Shown here: in pieces, positions 9,704 to 19,355 of the stretch
Numbering within the stretch: position 1 is the first letter of the stretch
How the letters are laid out: each line of letters opens with the position of its first letter
Source: Candidatus Hodarchaeota archaeon
GTDB taxonomy: Archaea; Asgardarchaeota; Heimdallarchaeia; Hodarchaeales; Hodarchaeaceae
Reading direction: 5' to 3'
Assembly (NCBI GenBank): GCA_016839785.1
Contig: JAEOTQ010000177.1
Coordinates: 46,132 to 110,131 of the forward strand
DNA: 64,000 nt
The notes under the pieces: model-generated
What the model was told of the DNA's origin: nothing
Databases searched by the model: none
The model's input: the letters and a program-made list of their open reading frames with translations, nothing else
Translations under genes and position numbers: made by a program

Positions 9704-10342
9704 ATGAGTATCTTTGAGGTAAAAGACGATTTGTATAAGATCTGTCTTGTCGGAGATGGAGGAGTCGGTAAAACGGCTATTGTTGAAAGGTTTTTAGGAA
9801 AAGGTTTCGCTTCTACTTATAATTTGACCATTGGAACCAATATATGTACTCATACCGTGGATGTGGATGGTACAAAAGTCAAATTTCAAATTTGGGATTT
9901 AGCAGGACAACAACGGTTCGAATTCGTCCGTTCCATGTTTTATCGGGGATCTCATGCTATTGTTATGGTTTTTGATGTGACCAATCCAAATTCCCTTTCG
10001 AATTTACATGAATGGAAAAATGAAATTCTACAAAATCTGGACCATAGACACCATGCCATCCCCATTGTGCTATTAGGTAATAAAAGTGATCTGCAACAAA
10101 AATTACTTATCGATCAGGACGCAATATCGAACTTCAAAGATGAATTACAGATGGAGTTCCACGCAGATTCAACCGCCTTTATGTACACAAGTGCTCGCTC
10201 AGGAATGAATATCGAGGAGTCATTTGAAGTACTAGGTCTATTGCTTTTAAAGAAGAAGAATCCACAATCCTATATTGATAAAACTTCAGGGAAATTTAAA
10301 ATTCCAACGAATCTTCATTCCATTGGACCCTCGAATGCATAA
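9704..10342 (+). CDS. Rab-like small GTPase (Ras superfamily)
   Basis: G1 GDGGVGKT, G2 YNLTIG, G3 WDLAGQ, G4 NKSD, G5 SAR. Confidence 0.95.
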   Translation: MSIFEVKDDLYKICLVGDGGVGKTAIVERFLGKGFASTYNLTIGTNICTHTVDVDGTKVKFQIWDLAGQQRFEFVRSMFYRGSHAIVMVFDVTNPNSLSNLHEWKNEILQNLDHRHHAIPIVLLGNKSDLQQKLLIDQDAISNFKDELQMEFHADSTAFMYTSARSGMNIEESFEVLGLLLLKKKNPQSYIDKTSGKFKIPTNLHSIGPSNA

Positions 10343-10357
10343 GCTATTCCTTATTTC

Positions 10358-10366
10358 TTTTTTTTT
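10358..10366 (+). terminator. Oligo-T terminator candidate for the GTPase gene
   Basis: T9 run 16 nt after the stop codon. Confidence 0.5.
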
Positions 10367-10863
10367 CAACTAATCCTAGTCATTTGATATTTTAGAAGAG
10401 ATAACCAGCCCTTAAAAAATTCTTTTTCAGACTTGAAGCTACTTCTAATTTTGACACTTCTCTCTTCTACTCTAAAAAGGGGGAGTTACATTCAGTAATC
10501 AATGTAGGTGACTCCTTCTGTCTGTTAATGAAAAACTTCAGTTAGTAAATCTAGCCAAAGATCTTTCACTGTTCCTTCCTTATATACTAAATTTTGAAAA
10601 AAGCCTTCATCAAGAAACTTCTAAGTTCATACTTTCATCATTCATATCAGATGGTCCAGTGCAACCTGGAATTGATTAAAATTTGGACTGATACATAACT
10701 TTAATCATGGGATTCAGGTTTTACTGAATATAATTACTCAATCAATTTGTATTTAATGATTTAAAAGGATATAAATGGTTGGATCATTAGATCACGAAAC
10801 AATACAAATTCTTCTGAATCTCGAACCGAATAAAACAAATAATCGTCCGAATGAAGAAGATAT

Positions 10864-11490
10864 GTGAAGTTGAACAAAATGACACAAGCCCAAGTATTAC
10901 TAGCCTATGCATCAAATTTCGGCTCTACCAGTGAGATTGCCTTTGAAATTGCTGACGTACTCCAACAAGAGAATTTAATTGTAGATCTCATTGATTTGAA
11001 GTCAGACATTGAGATATCATCATTAACAAGCTACTCTGGAGTGATTATAGGATCAGGAATTAGAATGGCACACTGGGTTGAGGAGGTGCTACATTTTGTT
11101 CAATCCAATAGCAAAATTCTGAAAACAAAACCATTAGGGGTATTCATAAGTTCAGGAGAAGCATCAAATCCTGATACCTATGAGAAAGCAAAAGAAAAAT
11201 ATCTTCTCACAATACTAGAAGAATTTCAACTAATGGGACCAAAAGTTATGTATGAAGCCTTTGGAGGTGTTTTTGACTTTTCTTCCTCCAGTAGCTATTC
11301 CTTTTTAGAGAAGAAAATACTCCAAAAAATCGCTGACTCCTCATCCAGTGGGTTCGTAGTGAATGATGGTAAACTAAACGATTTTAGAAATTGGCAACTA
11401 ATACGAGAATGGGCCACTGCCTTTGCTGATTCGATTAATTCTTCTCAACTAAATGAGAAATCTCAAACACAATCTGCCTCCCGTGTTTAG
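10864..11490 (+). CDS. Flavodoxin-domain protein (HemG/Flavodoxin_5-like)
   Basis: LAYASNFGSTSEIA, YSGVIIGSGI, AFGG, DFRNWQLIREWA. Start may be the ATG at 10879. Confidence 0.88.
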   Translation: MKLNKMTQAQVLLAYASNFGSTSEIAFEIADVLQQENLIVDLIDLKSDIEISSLTSYSGVIIGSGIRMAHWVEEVLHFVQSNSKILKTKPLGVFISSGEASNPDTYEKAKEKYLLTILEEFQLMGPKVMYEAFGGVFDFSSSSSYSFLEKKILQKIADSSSSGFVVNDGKLNDFRNWQLIREWATAFADSINSSQLNEKSQTQSASRV

Positions 11491-11563
11491 TTAAAAATCA
11501 TTGGGTGGGTAATAAACAAGCACCCTCCCCACATATATGATTTTTTCCAATCTTTAAAAGAGA

Positions 11564-12049
11564 TTACATCTTTTTCAACGAATGGTTCTCAATTAGCGAG
11601 CTTTTCTCCGAAATAACAACTTCTTCCATCACATCACTATTCTGAAGTTTATCAATTATTTCTGTGCCGTGAGTTACCTCACCAAAAAGAGTATGAACAC
11701 CATCTAGATGAGGTTGTGGAGCTCTAACTAGAAAAAATTGCGATCCACCAGTATTAGGTCCCGCATGAGCCATTGATAAAGATCCACGCATATGTTTATG
11801 CTTTCCTTTGTTTTTTTCAGTTTCACAAGGAATATTATACCCAGGACCTCCTGTACCCGTCCCTTGTGGACATCCTCCTTGGGATACAAATCCAGGGATA
11901 TTTCGGTGGAAAGATAATCCGTTATAGAAACCATTTTCGGCAAGTGAGACGAAGTTCTTGACTGTATTGGTCACTTCATCATAAAATTCGATTTTAATTG
12001 ATCCATACCTTGTTTTGATCGTAGCTTTCGTCATTTCAATCACATTCAC
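11564..12049 (-). CDS. Cyclophilin-type peptidyl-prolyl cis-trans isomerase
   Basis: FYNGLSFHR...QGGCP.GTGTGGPGY, SMAHAGPNTGGSQFF, HLDGVHTLFG. Confidence 0.96.
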   Translation of the reverse strand: MNVIEMTKATIKTRYGSIKIEFYDEVTNTVKNFVSLAENGFYNGLSFHRNIPGFVSQGGCPQGTGTGGPGYNIPCETEKNKGKHKHMRGSLSMAHAGPNTGGSQFFLVRAPQPHLDGVHTLFGEVTHGTEIIDKLQNSDVMEEVVISEKSSLIENHSLKKM

Positions 12050-12087
12050 TGTAAAAATATTCTGTTTCGCTTTAACTAAAGAATTTT

Positions 12088-13506
12088 ATGTCTGAATTAA
12101 GTATTTGTGCTTGCCTAATCTATAATATTAATGAAGTGCATACAATGAGAAAGGGATCAACAACTGTCTCAATTTACGAGATAATGAAGGGATATATTAG
12201 CTTGAACTGGAATGTCCGATTAGCTTACATACAAACAATTGCTCAAAGTGTAAGTTTTGGGATTATTCAGACTGCTTTTTCCATATTCATCACTCAAGGT
12301 CTTGGACATAGTGAATTTACACTTGGGAACCTTTTTACCGTATCGGGAGTCGCCTCAACCCTTTTCGTCTTCCCTTCAGGTTGGTTTGCAGATAAGTATC
12401 GGAGAGACATTCTAATTCGCATATCAGTTTTGTTTGGCTTGTTAGGACAAGCAATACTCATTTATTCCACGTTGATCATTGCTCCTGCGACTAATACGAT
12501 TGATTATTTATTCATCAGTCAAATTTGTGGAGGTCTCGGGTTTGGTCTCTCGGGTCCTGCATCACAGGCATTATTAGCTGATAGTATCGAACCTGGACAT
12601 CGGAGTAAAACTTTCGCAAACATGCACTTTATAAATTTACTTGCAGCCGCATTAGGCCCTTTTTTGGCGGCAGGGTTGACGATTCTAATAGGCGATTCAT
12701 GGGAACTTAATATTTTACAAGTATTAATTGTAAGTGGGGCGATATTTTCGGTATTCGCATATGGGGTGATCTTCTTTGTTTCTGACAAATATTCCCTTGA
12801 AAACGGCCATTTACCTAATTCCGCGGAAAAATCAAAAACGAAAGAGCAGATAGATCATGAGATACCAATTTCTTCTAATAATAAATCATATGATATGTTT
12901 GTTCCGGTGATACTAGTAGTCTCAGGCGTGATCATAGGATTTGGTGCAGGAGCAACTGTAGCTTTCTTTCCAGTTCTCTTTGCTGATCCAGAAATTGGAT
13001 ATAATTTATCACCACTTCTTACGTATAGTATTGTTGGAGTAGGTAGTGTTTTTACTGGATTAGCTGGATTAGGAGCCCAACGACTGTCACGTAGGATTGG
13101 TAGAGTATTATCAATGTTCATTGTGCAACTGCTAGCCATCATCTGTCTCCTAGGTATTGTAACTAATCTCTATTTATTTCAAAATAGTCTTATTGATGTT
13201 TCACTGTCTGTTATGATATTAGCAGTCTTCTATATTAGTCGTAATGCCCTAATGAATGCTTCAGGTCCTGTAAGTAGAAGCTTAATCATGGACATTGTTC
13301 CTACAAGTTCACGTGCAAAGTGGAACAGTATGGAAACACTAGCCTGGGGTATGTTTTGGTCTGTATCAGCGAGTATCGGTGGGTGGGTTGTTGTAGAATT
13401 CGGATTCACTTATGTTTTTCTATTTACTGCCACTCTGTATACAATAGCAACGTTCTTGCTACTAGCTATCAAAAATAGGGCTCCCTCTGAAGCTAAAGAT
13501 CTTTGA
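12088..13506 (+). CDS. MFS transporter
   Basis: About 12 TM segments and motif A GWFADKYRR. True start is probably a downstream Met. Confidence 0.9.
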   Translation: MSELSICACLIYNINEVHTMRKGSTTVSIYEIMKGYISLNWNVRLAYIQTIAQSVSFGIIQTAFSIFITQGLGHSEFTLGNLFTVSGVASTLFVFPSGWFADKYRRDILIRISVLFGLLGQAILIYSTLIIAPATNTIDYLFISQICGGLGFGLSGPASQALLADSIEPGHRSKTFANMHFINLLAAALGPFLAAGLTILIGDSWELNILQVLIVSGAIFSVFAYGVIFFVSDKYSLENGHLPNSAEKSKTKEQIDHEIPISSNNKSYDMFVPVILVVSGVIIGFGAGATVAFFPVLFADPEIGYNLSPLLTYSIVGVGSVFTGLAGLGAQRLSRRIGRVLSMFIVQLLAIICLLGIVTNLYLFQNSLIDVSLSVMILAVFYISRNALMNASGPVSRSLIMDIVPTSSRAKWNSMETLAWGMFWSVSASIGGWVVVEFGFTYVFLFTATLYTIATFLLLAIKNRAPSEAKDL

Positions 13507-13627
13507 AGATGAAAAAAGTAGTGAACCTCTTCATCGAACGAATTATTCATCCTAACGATCAGATTCGGATTCTGATACTCAGACATATGCCTTTAGAACA
13601 CAAGAGGTTCAAGATATTCTATGAGTA

Positions 13628-14929
13628 ATGAATTATAACCTTTTTTACTATATTGTTGAATCGAGTCAACTAGATAATTTGATAAGGAACAGAGTGATTT
13701 ATTGTAGATGGTCGTGTCTCAATTTGAGGATGAGGAGAATTATTATCTACTGGTTGGTATTCTCCCTAATTCTGGTTGTTGGATACCTTTTTTTACAAGT
13801 ACTACATAGTATTAATTTTTGGGAGAATCTTGGCATTATTCCCGCTCCCGATCATATTGAGCCATTTTCTACAATCGGCATGACTTTTTTTACCATGGCC
13901 CTCGTTGTAGGGTGGAGTATCATCTTTAGTGGGGTGATCTGGAAGTTGATAGGTCATATATATTCACCCTCTCAACCAATATTTCGACTAATTTTCGAAT
14001 TATCTCAGTCTTGGATATCGCTTTCTTTTTTTGAGATTTGTATATTCATCAATTTCACTGTTCTTTCAACTCTTGTCACGAATAGTAAAAACACCTTTCG
14101 TCCTACAGGTCAAATTTTGCTAGAAGTAGCTTGGATCAACTTTGTCCTGGTTTGTCTGTTTTATACTTTCATAGGAATTCAAGCAGCACGAAAAAACCTT
14201 GAAGTAACCCGTTTCGTCAGTAAACTAGCTTATGATTTCCTTCAAATATTATTTATGACCTTTGAAGGAGGACTCATCTTCCTTCCTTTTGGGTTGTTCG
14301 AGTTTCTGATTAACATGAGTAATTACCCAGTACTTTTGCTTTCCTTACTTATCTATAGCTACAATGCATTCTTGGCTGCATTTATTATTGAATTCTTAAT
14401 CTGGACTGATGAGAGGGTGAAAAAGGAAGAGGCAGCAAAAAATGCTAAGACTAGCTTTCGAATCTTCATCTTAGACACTTCAATGATTGTTTTTCCCCTG
14501 TTATTGATAGCCACTTTCATGGTTTATCCATTTTATATTCCTCTTCAATCCGTACCGGTATGGATTTTTCTAGTTGAGTTTTTGGTCATATTCTCAATTT
14601 TTGCATCAATTCTTTATAGTTTTGGTAAGATAATAGCTCCCAGGTTATCCAAAGACAGTTTATCAAAGATTCAAATTCTGAAATATAGATTTGAAGTATT
14701 GCTCGCAACTAGAGGAACTATGTTTAATTACCCTACTCCCATCGATATTTTTTTAGGAGGAGAATTAACAGAAAAGATCGAACATCGCTGGGAAAAAGTT
14801 TCACTAAAGATGGCGTGTGGGCAATGTTATCATGTATTTGAAGCTGAGGCTCTCAGAAAGGGAACAAATATTAAACCTATTCCATGTGCATTTTGTGGTT
14901 CATTGGCCACAACCCCAGTATGGGAATAA
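13628..14929 (+). CDS. Hypothetical multi-pass membrane protein with C-terminal zinc ribbon
   Basis: About 8 hydrophobic segments, then CGQC...CAFC. Probable start ATG at 13730. Confidence 0.7.
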   Translation: MNYNLFYYIVESSQLDNLIRNRVIYCRWSCLNLRMRRIIIYWLVFSLILVVGYLFLQVLHSINFWENLGIIPAPDHIEPFSTIGMTFFTMALVVGWSIIFSGVIWKLIGHIYSPSQPIFRLIFELSQSWISLSFFEICIFINFTVLSTLVTNSKNTFRPTGQILLEVAWINFVLVCLFYTFIGIQAARKNLEVTRFVSKLAYDFLQILFMTFEGGLIFLPFGLFEFLINMSNYPVLLLSLLIYSYNAFLAAFIIEFLIWTDERVKKEEAAKNAKTSFRIFILDTSMIVFPLLLIATFMVYPFYIPLQSVPVWIFLVEFLVIFSIFASILYSFGKIIAPRLSKDSLSKIQILKYRFEVLLATRGTMFNYPTPIDIFLGGELTEKIEHRWEKVSLKMACGQCYHVFEAEALRKGTNIKPIPCAFCGSLATTPVWE

Positions 14930-14935
14930 ATTGCT

Positions 14936-15439
14936 CTAATAAGTCTCCCGATGCACAAGTTTTTCCAAATTTTTTCGGTTCGATTCTCGAGTATGATCAG
15001 GATAACCCACCGCAACTATTGCTAACACACGTAATTTCTCGGGGATATTCAGCATGGATTTAATTTCTTTCTCAATTTGCGGTTTATTAATAACTCCTGC
15101 CCAACAGGTACCCAAACCCAAGGCGTGAGCCATAATCATAAATTGCATAGTGGCAAGAGCGGTATCTGATTGATGGTAATCCTGATGGATAGTCGGGTCA
15201 GTGAGTGGAATAAAGATAACAGGACTTTCTGCAACAAATTTAGCATAAGGATGGATAGCTGCCATTTTATTTCGAATTTCAGAGTCAGTTACAATCATGA
15301 ACTCCCAAGGTTGCTTATTTGATGCGGAGGGAGCCCATTGAGCAGCTTCAAGACATTTCTGAATTTTTTCTTCTTCTACAGGCGTTGATTTATATTTTCT
15401 AATACTTCGACGGGTTTTTAGTAATTCTAAGACGTCCAT
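14936..15439 (-). CDS. Nitroreductase family protein
   Basis: RRSIRKY, WAPSASNKQPWEF, AHALGLGTCW, VAVGYP. Confidence 0.95.
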   Translation of the reverse strand: MDVLELLKTRRSIRKYKSTPVEEEKIQKCLEAAQWAPSASNKQPWEFMIVTDSEIRNKMAAIHPYAKFVAESPVIFIPLTDPTIHQDYHQSDTALATMQFMIMAHALGLGTCWAGVINKPQIEKEIKSMLNIPEKLRVLAIVAVGYPDHTRESNRKNLEKLVHRETY

Positions 15440-15459
15440 TATAATTCCTTCTAGTTTTT

Positions 15460-16431
15460 CTATGTTACTTTCCAGCTCTGCAATTCACGTAAAGAAACAT
15501 TTGCCCCGCAGAGAATGATACCTATCTTTTCGAAGGGGGATAAATCAAACTTTTTCTCAAGAAGGGCAGCAACGATACACGAAGTTGCGGGTTCCACCAA
15601 TATTTTTTCTTCCATTAGTAAGAACTTTAGGGCTTTTAGTGCCTCCTCATCAGTCACTGTTTGCATATCATTAACACTTACTTTTATGCGAGCCAACGTA
15701 TCTTCTGTTGTTTGTTGAGCTCCTAAAGTTTTGGCAATACTAGTGATTGCAGGTAGATGCTCTATTTTTCCTGATTTGAAACTTTGGGTTACCGCGTGAG
15801 CACCAATTGTTTCTACTCCATAAACATGGATTTCAGGTTTCATTTGTTTAGCAACCATCCCCACTCCACTAATTAGCCCACCTCCACCGACTGATAAGAA
15901 TATAGCGTCGAGATCTGATTGTTCATTCAACATTTCAACTGCTATCGTTCCTTGTCCTCTAACTACAGCCACATCGTCAAACGCATGGACATAGGGTAAC
16001 TGCATTTTTTCCGCATATTCTTGCGCTTTTACATCCGCTTCATCCCATGATGACCCATGGAGAACGGGAGTTCCTCCCCAAAATTTAATTGATTCAATTA
16101 CTTCTTTTCCTGAATTAGCTGGAAGATAGACGATAGCAGGGATTTTAAGCTCATTACAAATGTAAGACACAGCTAAACCATGATTTCCTCCACTAGCTGT
16201 TACCACACCTTCCTCGCAATTCTCTAGTGAGAGTATTTTTGAACATGCCCCTCTTACCTTGAAGGATCGCGTGGGTTGGAGATATTCTAATTTGTAATAG
16301 ACTTTTTTATTAAGTAATACCTCTAATGCATATCCACGAATGATAGGACTTCGTAAAATATATGGCCGAATCGTAGAAAGAGTTTTTTGGACTTCTTGAA
16401 GGGTTAAGCCCGCATAGAGATTCTTCGCCAT
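15460..16431 (-). CDS. PLP-dependent threonine/serine dehydratase (catabolic type, no ACT domain)
   Basis: SFKVRGA (PLP Lys), ASGGNHG, SVGGGGLISG, ILCGAN. Confidence 0.9.
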   Translation of the reverse strand: MAKNLYAGLTLQEVQKTLSTIRPYILRSPIIRGYALEVLLNKKVYYKLEYLQPTRSFKVRGACSKILSLENCEEGVVTASGGNHGLAVSYICNELKIPAIVYLPANSGKEVIESIKFWGGTPVLHGSSWDEADVKAQEYAEKMQLPYVHAFDDVAVVRGQGTIAVEMLNEQSDLDAIFLSVGGGGLISGVGMVAKQMKPEIHVYGVETIGAHAVTQSFKSGKIEHLPAITSIAKTLGAQQTTEDTLARIKVSVNDMQTVTDEEALKALKFLLMEEKILVEPATSCIVAALLEKKFDLSPFEKIGIILCGANVSLRELQSWKVT

Positions 16432-16433
16432 GG

Positions 16434-17225
16434 TTATCCCTTTTTTGAGTAATATTTCTTTGCGAGGATGGCAGCTCCATAAGCTCCATTCATCTGAGGC
16501 TCTGCTGGAATTTTAAGCTCTACTTCTAATTCTCTTTCCAGCATTGTTCTTACTGCAGGATTTAACGCTACTCCACCTGTTAGAGATATTTCTGGGTGAA
16601 TACCTACACGAGCGGCAAGCGCTATGATTTTACTCACGATGGAAGTATGAATTCCTGCAATAATATCATCACGATCCGCCCCTTGATTTATTCTAGAGAT
16701 TACTTCAGATTCAGCAAATACCGTGCATGTACTTGAGATTTTACTTGGTGATGTTGATTTAAGCCCCATAGGCCCAAAGTCTTCTATCGAGACTTCCAAG
16801 GCACTAGCCATTACTTCCAAAAATCTTCCTGATCCAGCAGAACATTTATCATTCATCTCAAAATCTTGAACCTGACCCTTTTCATTGACACGAATTACTT
16901 TTGAATCCTGTCCTCCAATATCAATTATTGTTTGAATTGAAGGGTCAGAGTGATGAGCTCCTACAGCGTGACAGGTTATTTCAGTTATAGTTTTGTCAGC
17001 ATTCTCCACTAATTTCCGTCCATACCCCGTTGATATGATATAATCAATTTTTTGTTTACCAAAAAAGTCTTGAGCATTATTTAGCAGGTTTCTTGCAATA
17101 TTACCTGGTGCATAGCCCACTTTTTTTAATTGAGAAAAATTATTTTTATTAGAAGGATCTTTGGTATTTAGGACCACAATTTTTGCAGTAAGTGAACCAA
17201 TATCTATACCTGCGACGAGTGCCAT
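16434..17225 (-). CDS. 2-hydroxyacyl-CoA dehydratase activator (HgdC/BadFG-type ASKHA ATPase)
   Basis: GIDIGS, STGYGR, TEITCH, DIGGQDSK, MNDKCSAGSGRF, SSTCTVFAESE. Confidence 0.93.
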   Translation of the reverse strand: MALVAGIDIGSLTAKIVVLNTKDPSNKNNFSQLKKVGYAPGNIARNLLNNAQDFFGKQKIDYIISTGYGRKLVENADKTITEITCHAVGAHHSDPSIQTIIDIGGQDSKVIRVNEKGQVQDFEMNDKCSAGSGRFLEVMASALEVSIEDFGPMGLKSTSPSKISSTCTVFAESEVISRINQGADRDDIIAGIHTSIVSKIIALAARVGIHPEISLTGGVALNPAVRTMLERELEVELKIPAEPQMNGAYGAAILAKKYYSKKG

Positions 17226-17392
17226 TCGTTTTATCAGTCCTAGACAATTCTTGCATAAATTTTCCTTTGATCAGGTCGTTGCAATTTAGCATTATAAACT
17301 AAGTCGTGTGCTAATAATATTTGATGAGGAGGATTTTGGTTAACGAATTAATGGAAAGAAAATATTGGAAAAAATTTTAAAAATGAATTTAC

Positions 17393-19354
17393 TCAACAAT
17401 AAATGCATAAATCATTAGCCCGTATATGCTTGGAGCAATACCACTTTTGACAGTTGTTACACTGCCGAAATGTTGAGTAATAGTCAACTTGGTTATTTGA
17501 TTGATCAAGTGCTTTCCGTAATGAGGTGATCATTTTGTCTCGCTCAACATTTGACACAATCAATTCATCTAATTCATTAAGAAAGGTAAATGAATCAAGA
17601 GAGGTAATTTGTTGCTCTGAATCAGTTATTTGTTTCAATTTTGTAAATAGTAGATCGATATTTGACATTTTTTCCTGATCTAATTGTTCCCATCCTTCTG
17701 GAAACGACTCTATAAGTGTTAAAACTTGTGAAAAGTAAATTAATTTACGCCATCCAATTGCATCATCGTATTTATACAGAAAATGTTTGCATAAAGCATG
17801 ATTGCACTTAAAAACTAGGGAAATTTTGTCTATAGCTTTGTTATACTTTATACTACTCGGAATAGGAAGTAATTTTAATAAAATCCGATAAGAGTTTAAT
17901 AGATCTGAATGTAGCTTTTTGGCTGATGTGGTAATGGAGGAACGTTGGTCAGTGAATTTCTCTATCTGTTTATCAAGTCGTTCCTTCAGTTCTTGAACAA
18001 AAACTGTATTGTCCTGATCTTCGGTTACTTGTTCTTGGAGCATTGAAATAGTCATCACTGACCTCTCTAATTGACTAGCTAAAATTCGTAAATCGGCTGA
18101 GTGAAGGAACAGTGAATCTGTATCAGATAAAGATTGTAGGACTTGGAACTCTGATAAAGCTTCAGAAATGACTTCTGTTTCAACAACTGACTGAATAACC
18201 GGTAGTTGAGCCAGAATTGGATCCAATGGTAAAAATAAATCGTTTACTTGCTGTCGGATATCTTGTATAGTAGCAAAATCTTCCTCGGTTCGAATTTTCT
18301 GAGGTTGAATGACCAATATTTCTTTTCTAGAGTGTTTTTCTCTTCCAATCCTCCCCAAGATGGCGCTGTTACTGATTAAGTATTCAAGCGCCATATGTAA
18401 AACTTCTGCTGGTAACTTCATACGCTTTCGCAAATAACCAATTGAAATTTCGTTTGCACCAAAATTACGTGCTACACTCATTATCTCGTTAACTAAGGAA
18501 TCAAGTGTTTCGGTGTCAAAAATATTTAGGCTTTGCATCTCTTCTTCGGTTATTTCCCCTGAAAATTCTTCACGTAATTCTGATAGGATTTTTTCTCGTT
18601 CAGGATTTTTAGTTTCGGGAACATAAACATTAAACAAAATAGGATCTGAGATATTCGCGTACATCATCTGTAATTTTTCATCGACGTTCAAATCTACTCC
18701 TGATATCCTCTGAGTAGTAGCAAATGCCAAATCTCTACTTGGATTAAACGCGACATTTAGCTGTAAATTCTCATTTCCATAAACCATACACGTGGATACT
18801 CCTCCAGCTGCCACTTCCATATCGATACGTTCTACAAGGGTTAATAAGGAAGTTATTGAAATTGCGAATAAATATTCATCAATTTGTTGAGTTTCAGATA
18901 TCACCCAGATTGGGTAACCTTCCGAAGCAACTAAGCCAACCGTTTCAAATTTCGTCTTATAACCAAGTTCTATAACATGTTTCATCAATATTTTCATGAA
19001 GTCATTTGAATCAAGGTTTACATCGTGTATCAAAGTCAAATAGATCTTGGGATAGGGAGTAAGTAATTTGATCGATAATGCTCTGGAACGTCCAGATATT
19101 GTGAGGGTTCTCCAATTTGATAGCTGTAACTCATTAGTAAGGATTTGTGTAAGGATAGACCATGCTCGATCAAAAATTGTAAGATATTTCTTATCGACTC
19201 TGACTTTATTCACAAATATCTTTGATTTCTCATCTTCAATGGAAAAAAGAAACGCCGAATCAAGAGGTGAATCTGAAACCTCAACCATGGTATGCTCCAG
19301 GGCATTTTCCAGCAGATCAAACCATTCTAAAGGACTGCTCAAAAATTCCACCAT
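17393..19354 (-). CDS. Multidomain protein: two roadblock-like domains, PCI-like winged helix, coiled coil, C-terminal Zn finger
   Basis: VGLVASEGYPI...FAISITSLLTLVERI roadblock pattern; EISIGYLRKRMKLPAEVLHMALEYLISNSAILGRIG; CNNCQKWYCSKH...CIYC. Confidence 0.65.
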   Translation of the reverse strand: MVEFLSSPLEWFDLLENALEHTMVEVSDSPLDSAFLFSIEDEKSKIFVNKVRVDKKYLTIFDRAWSILTQILTNELQLSNWRTLTISGRSRALSIKLLTPYPKIYLTLIHDVNLDSNDFMKILMKHVIELGYKTKFETVGLVASEGYPIWVISETQQIDEYLFAISITSLLTLVERIDMEVAAGGVSTCMVYGNENLQLNVAFNPSRDLAFATTQRISGVDLNVDEKLQMMYANISDPILFNVYVPETKNPEREKILSELREEFSGEITEEEMQSLNIFDTETLDSLVNEIMSVARNFGANEISIGYLRKRMKLPAEVLHMALEYLISNSAILGRIGREKHSRKEILVIQPQKIRTEEDFATIQDIRQQVNDLFLPLDPILAQLPVIQSVVETEVISEALSEFQVLQSLSDTDSLFLHSADLRILASQLERSVMTISMLQEQVTEDQDNTVFVQELKERLDKQIEKFTDQRSSITTSAKKLHSDLLNSYRILLKLLPIPSSIKYNKAIDKISLVFKCNHALCKHFLYKYDDAIGWRKLIYFSQVLTLIESFPEGWEQLDQEKMSNIDLLFTKLKQITDSEQQITSLDSFTFLNELDELIVSNVERDKMITSLRKALDQSNNQVDYYSTFRQCNNCQKWYCSKHIRANDLCIYC

Positions 19355-19355
19355 A

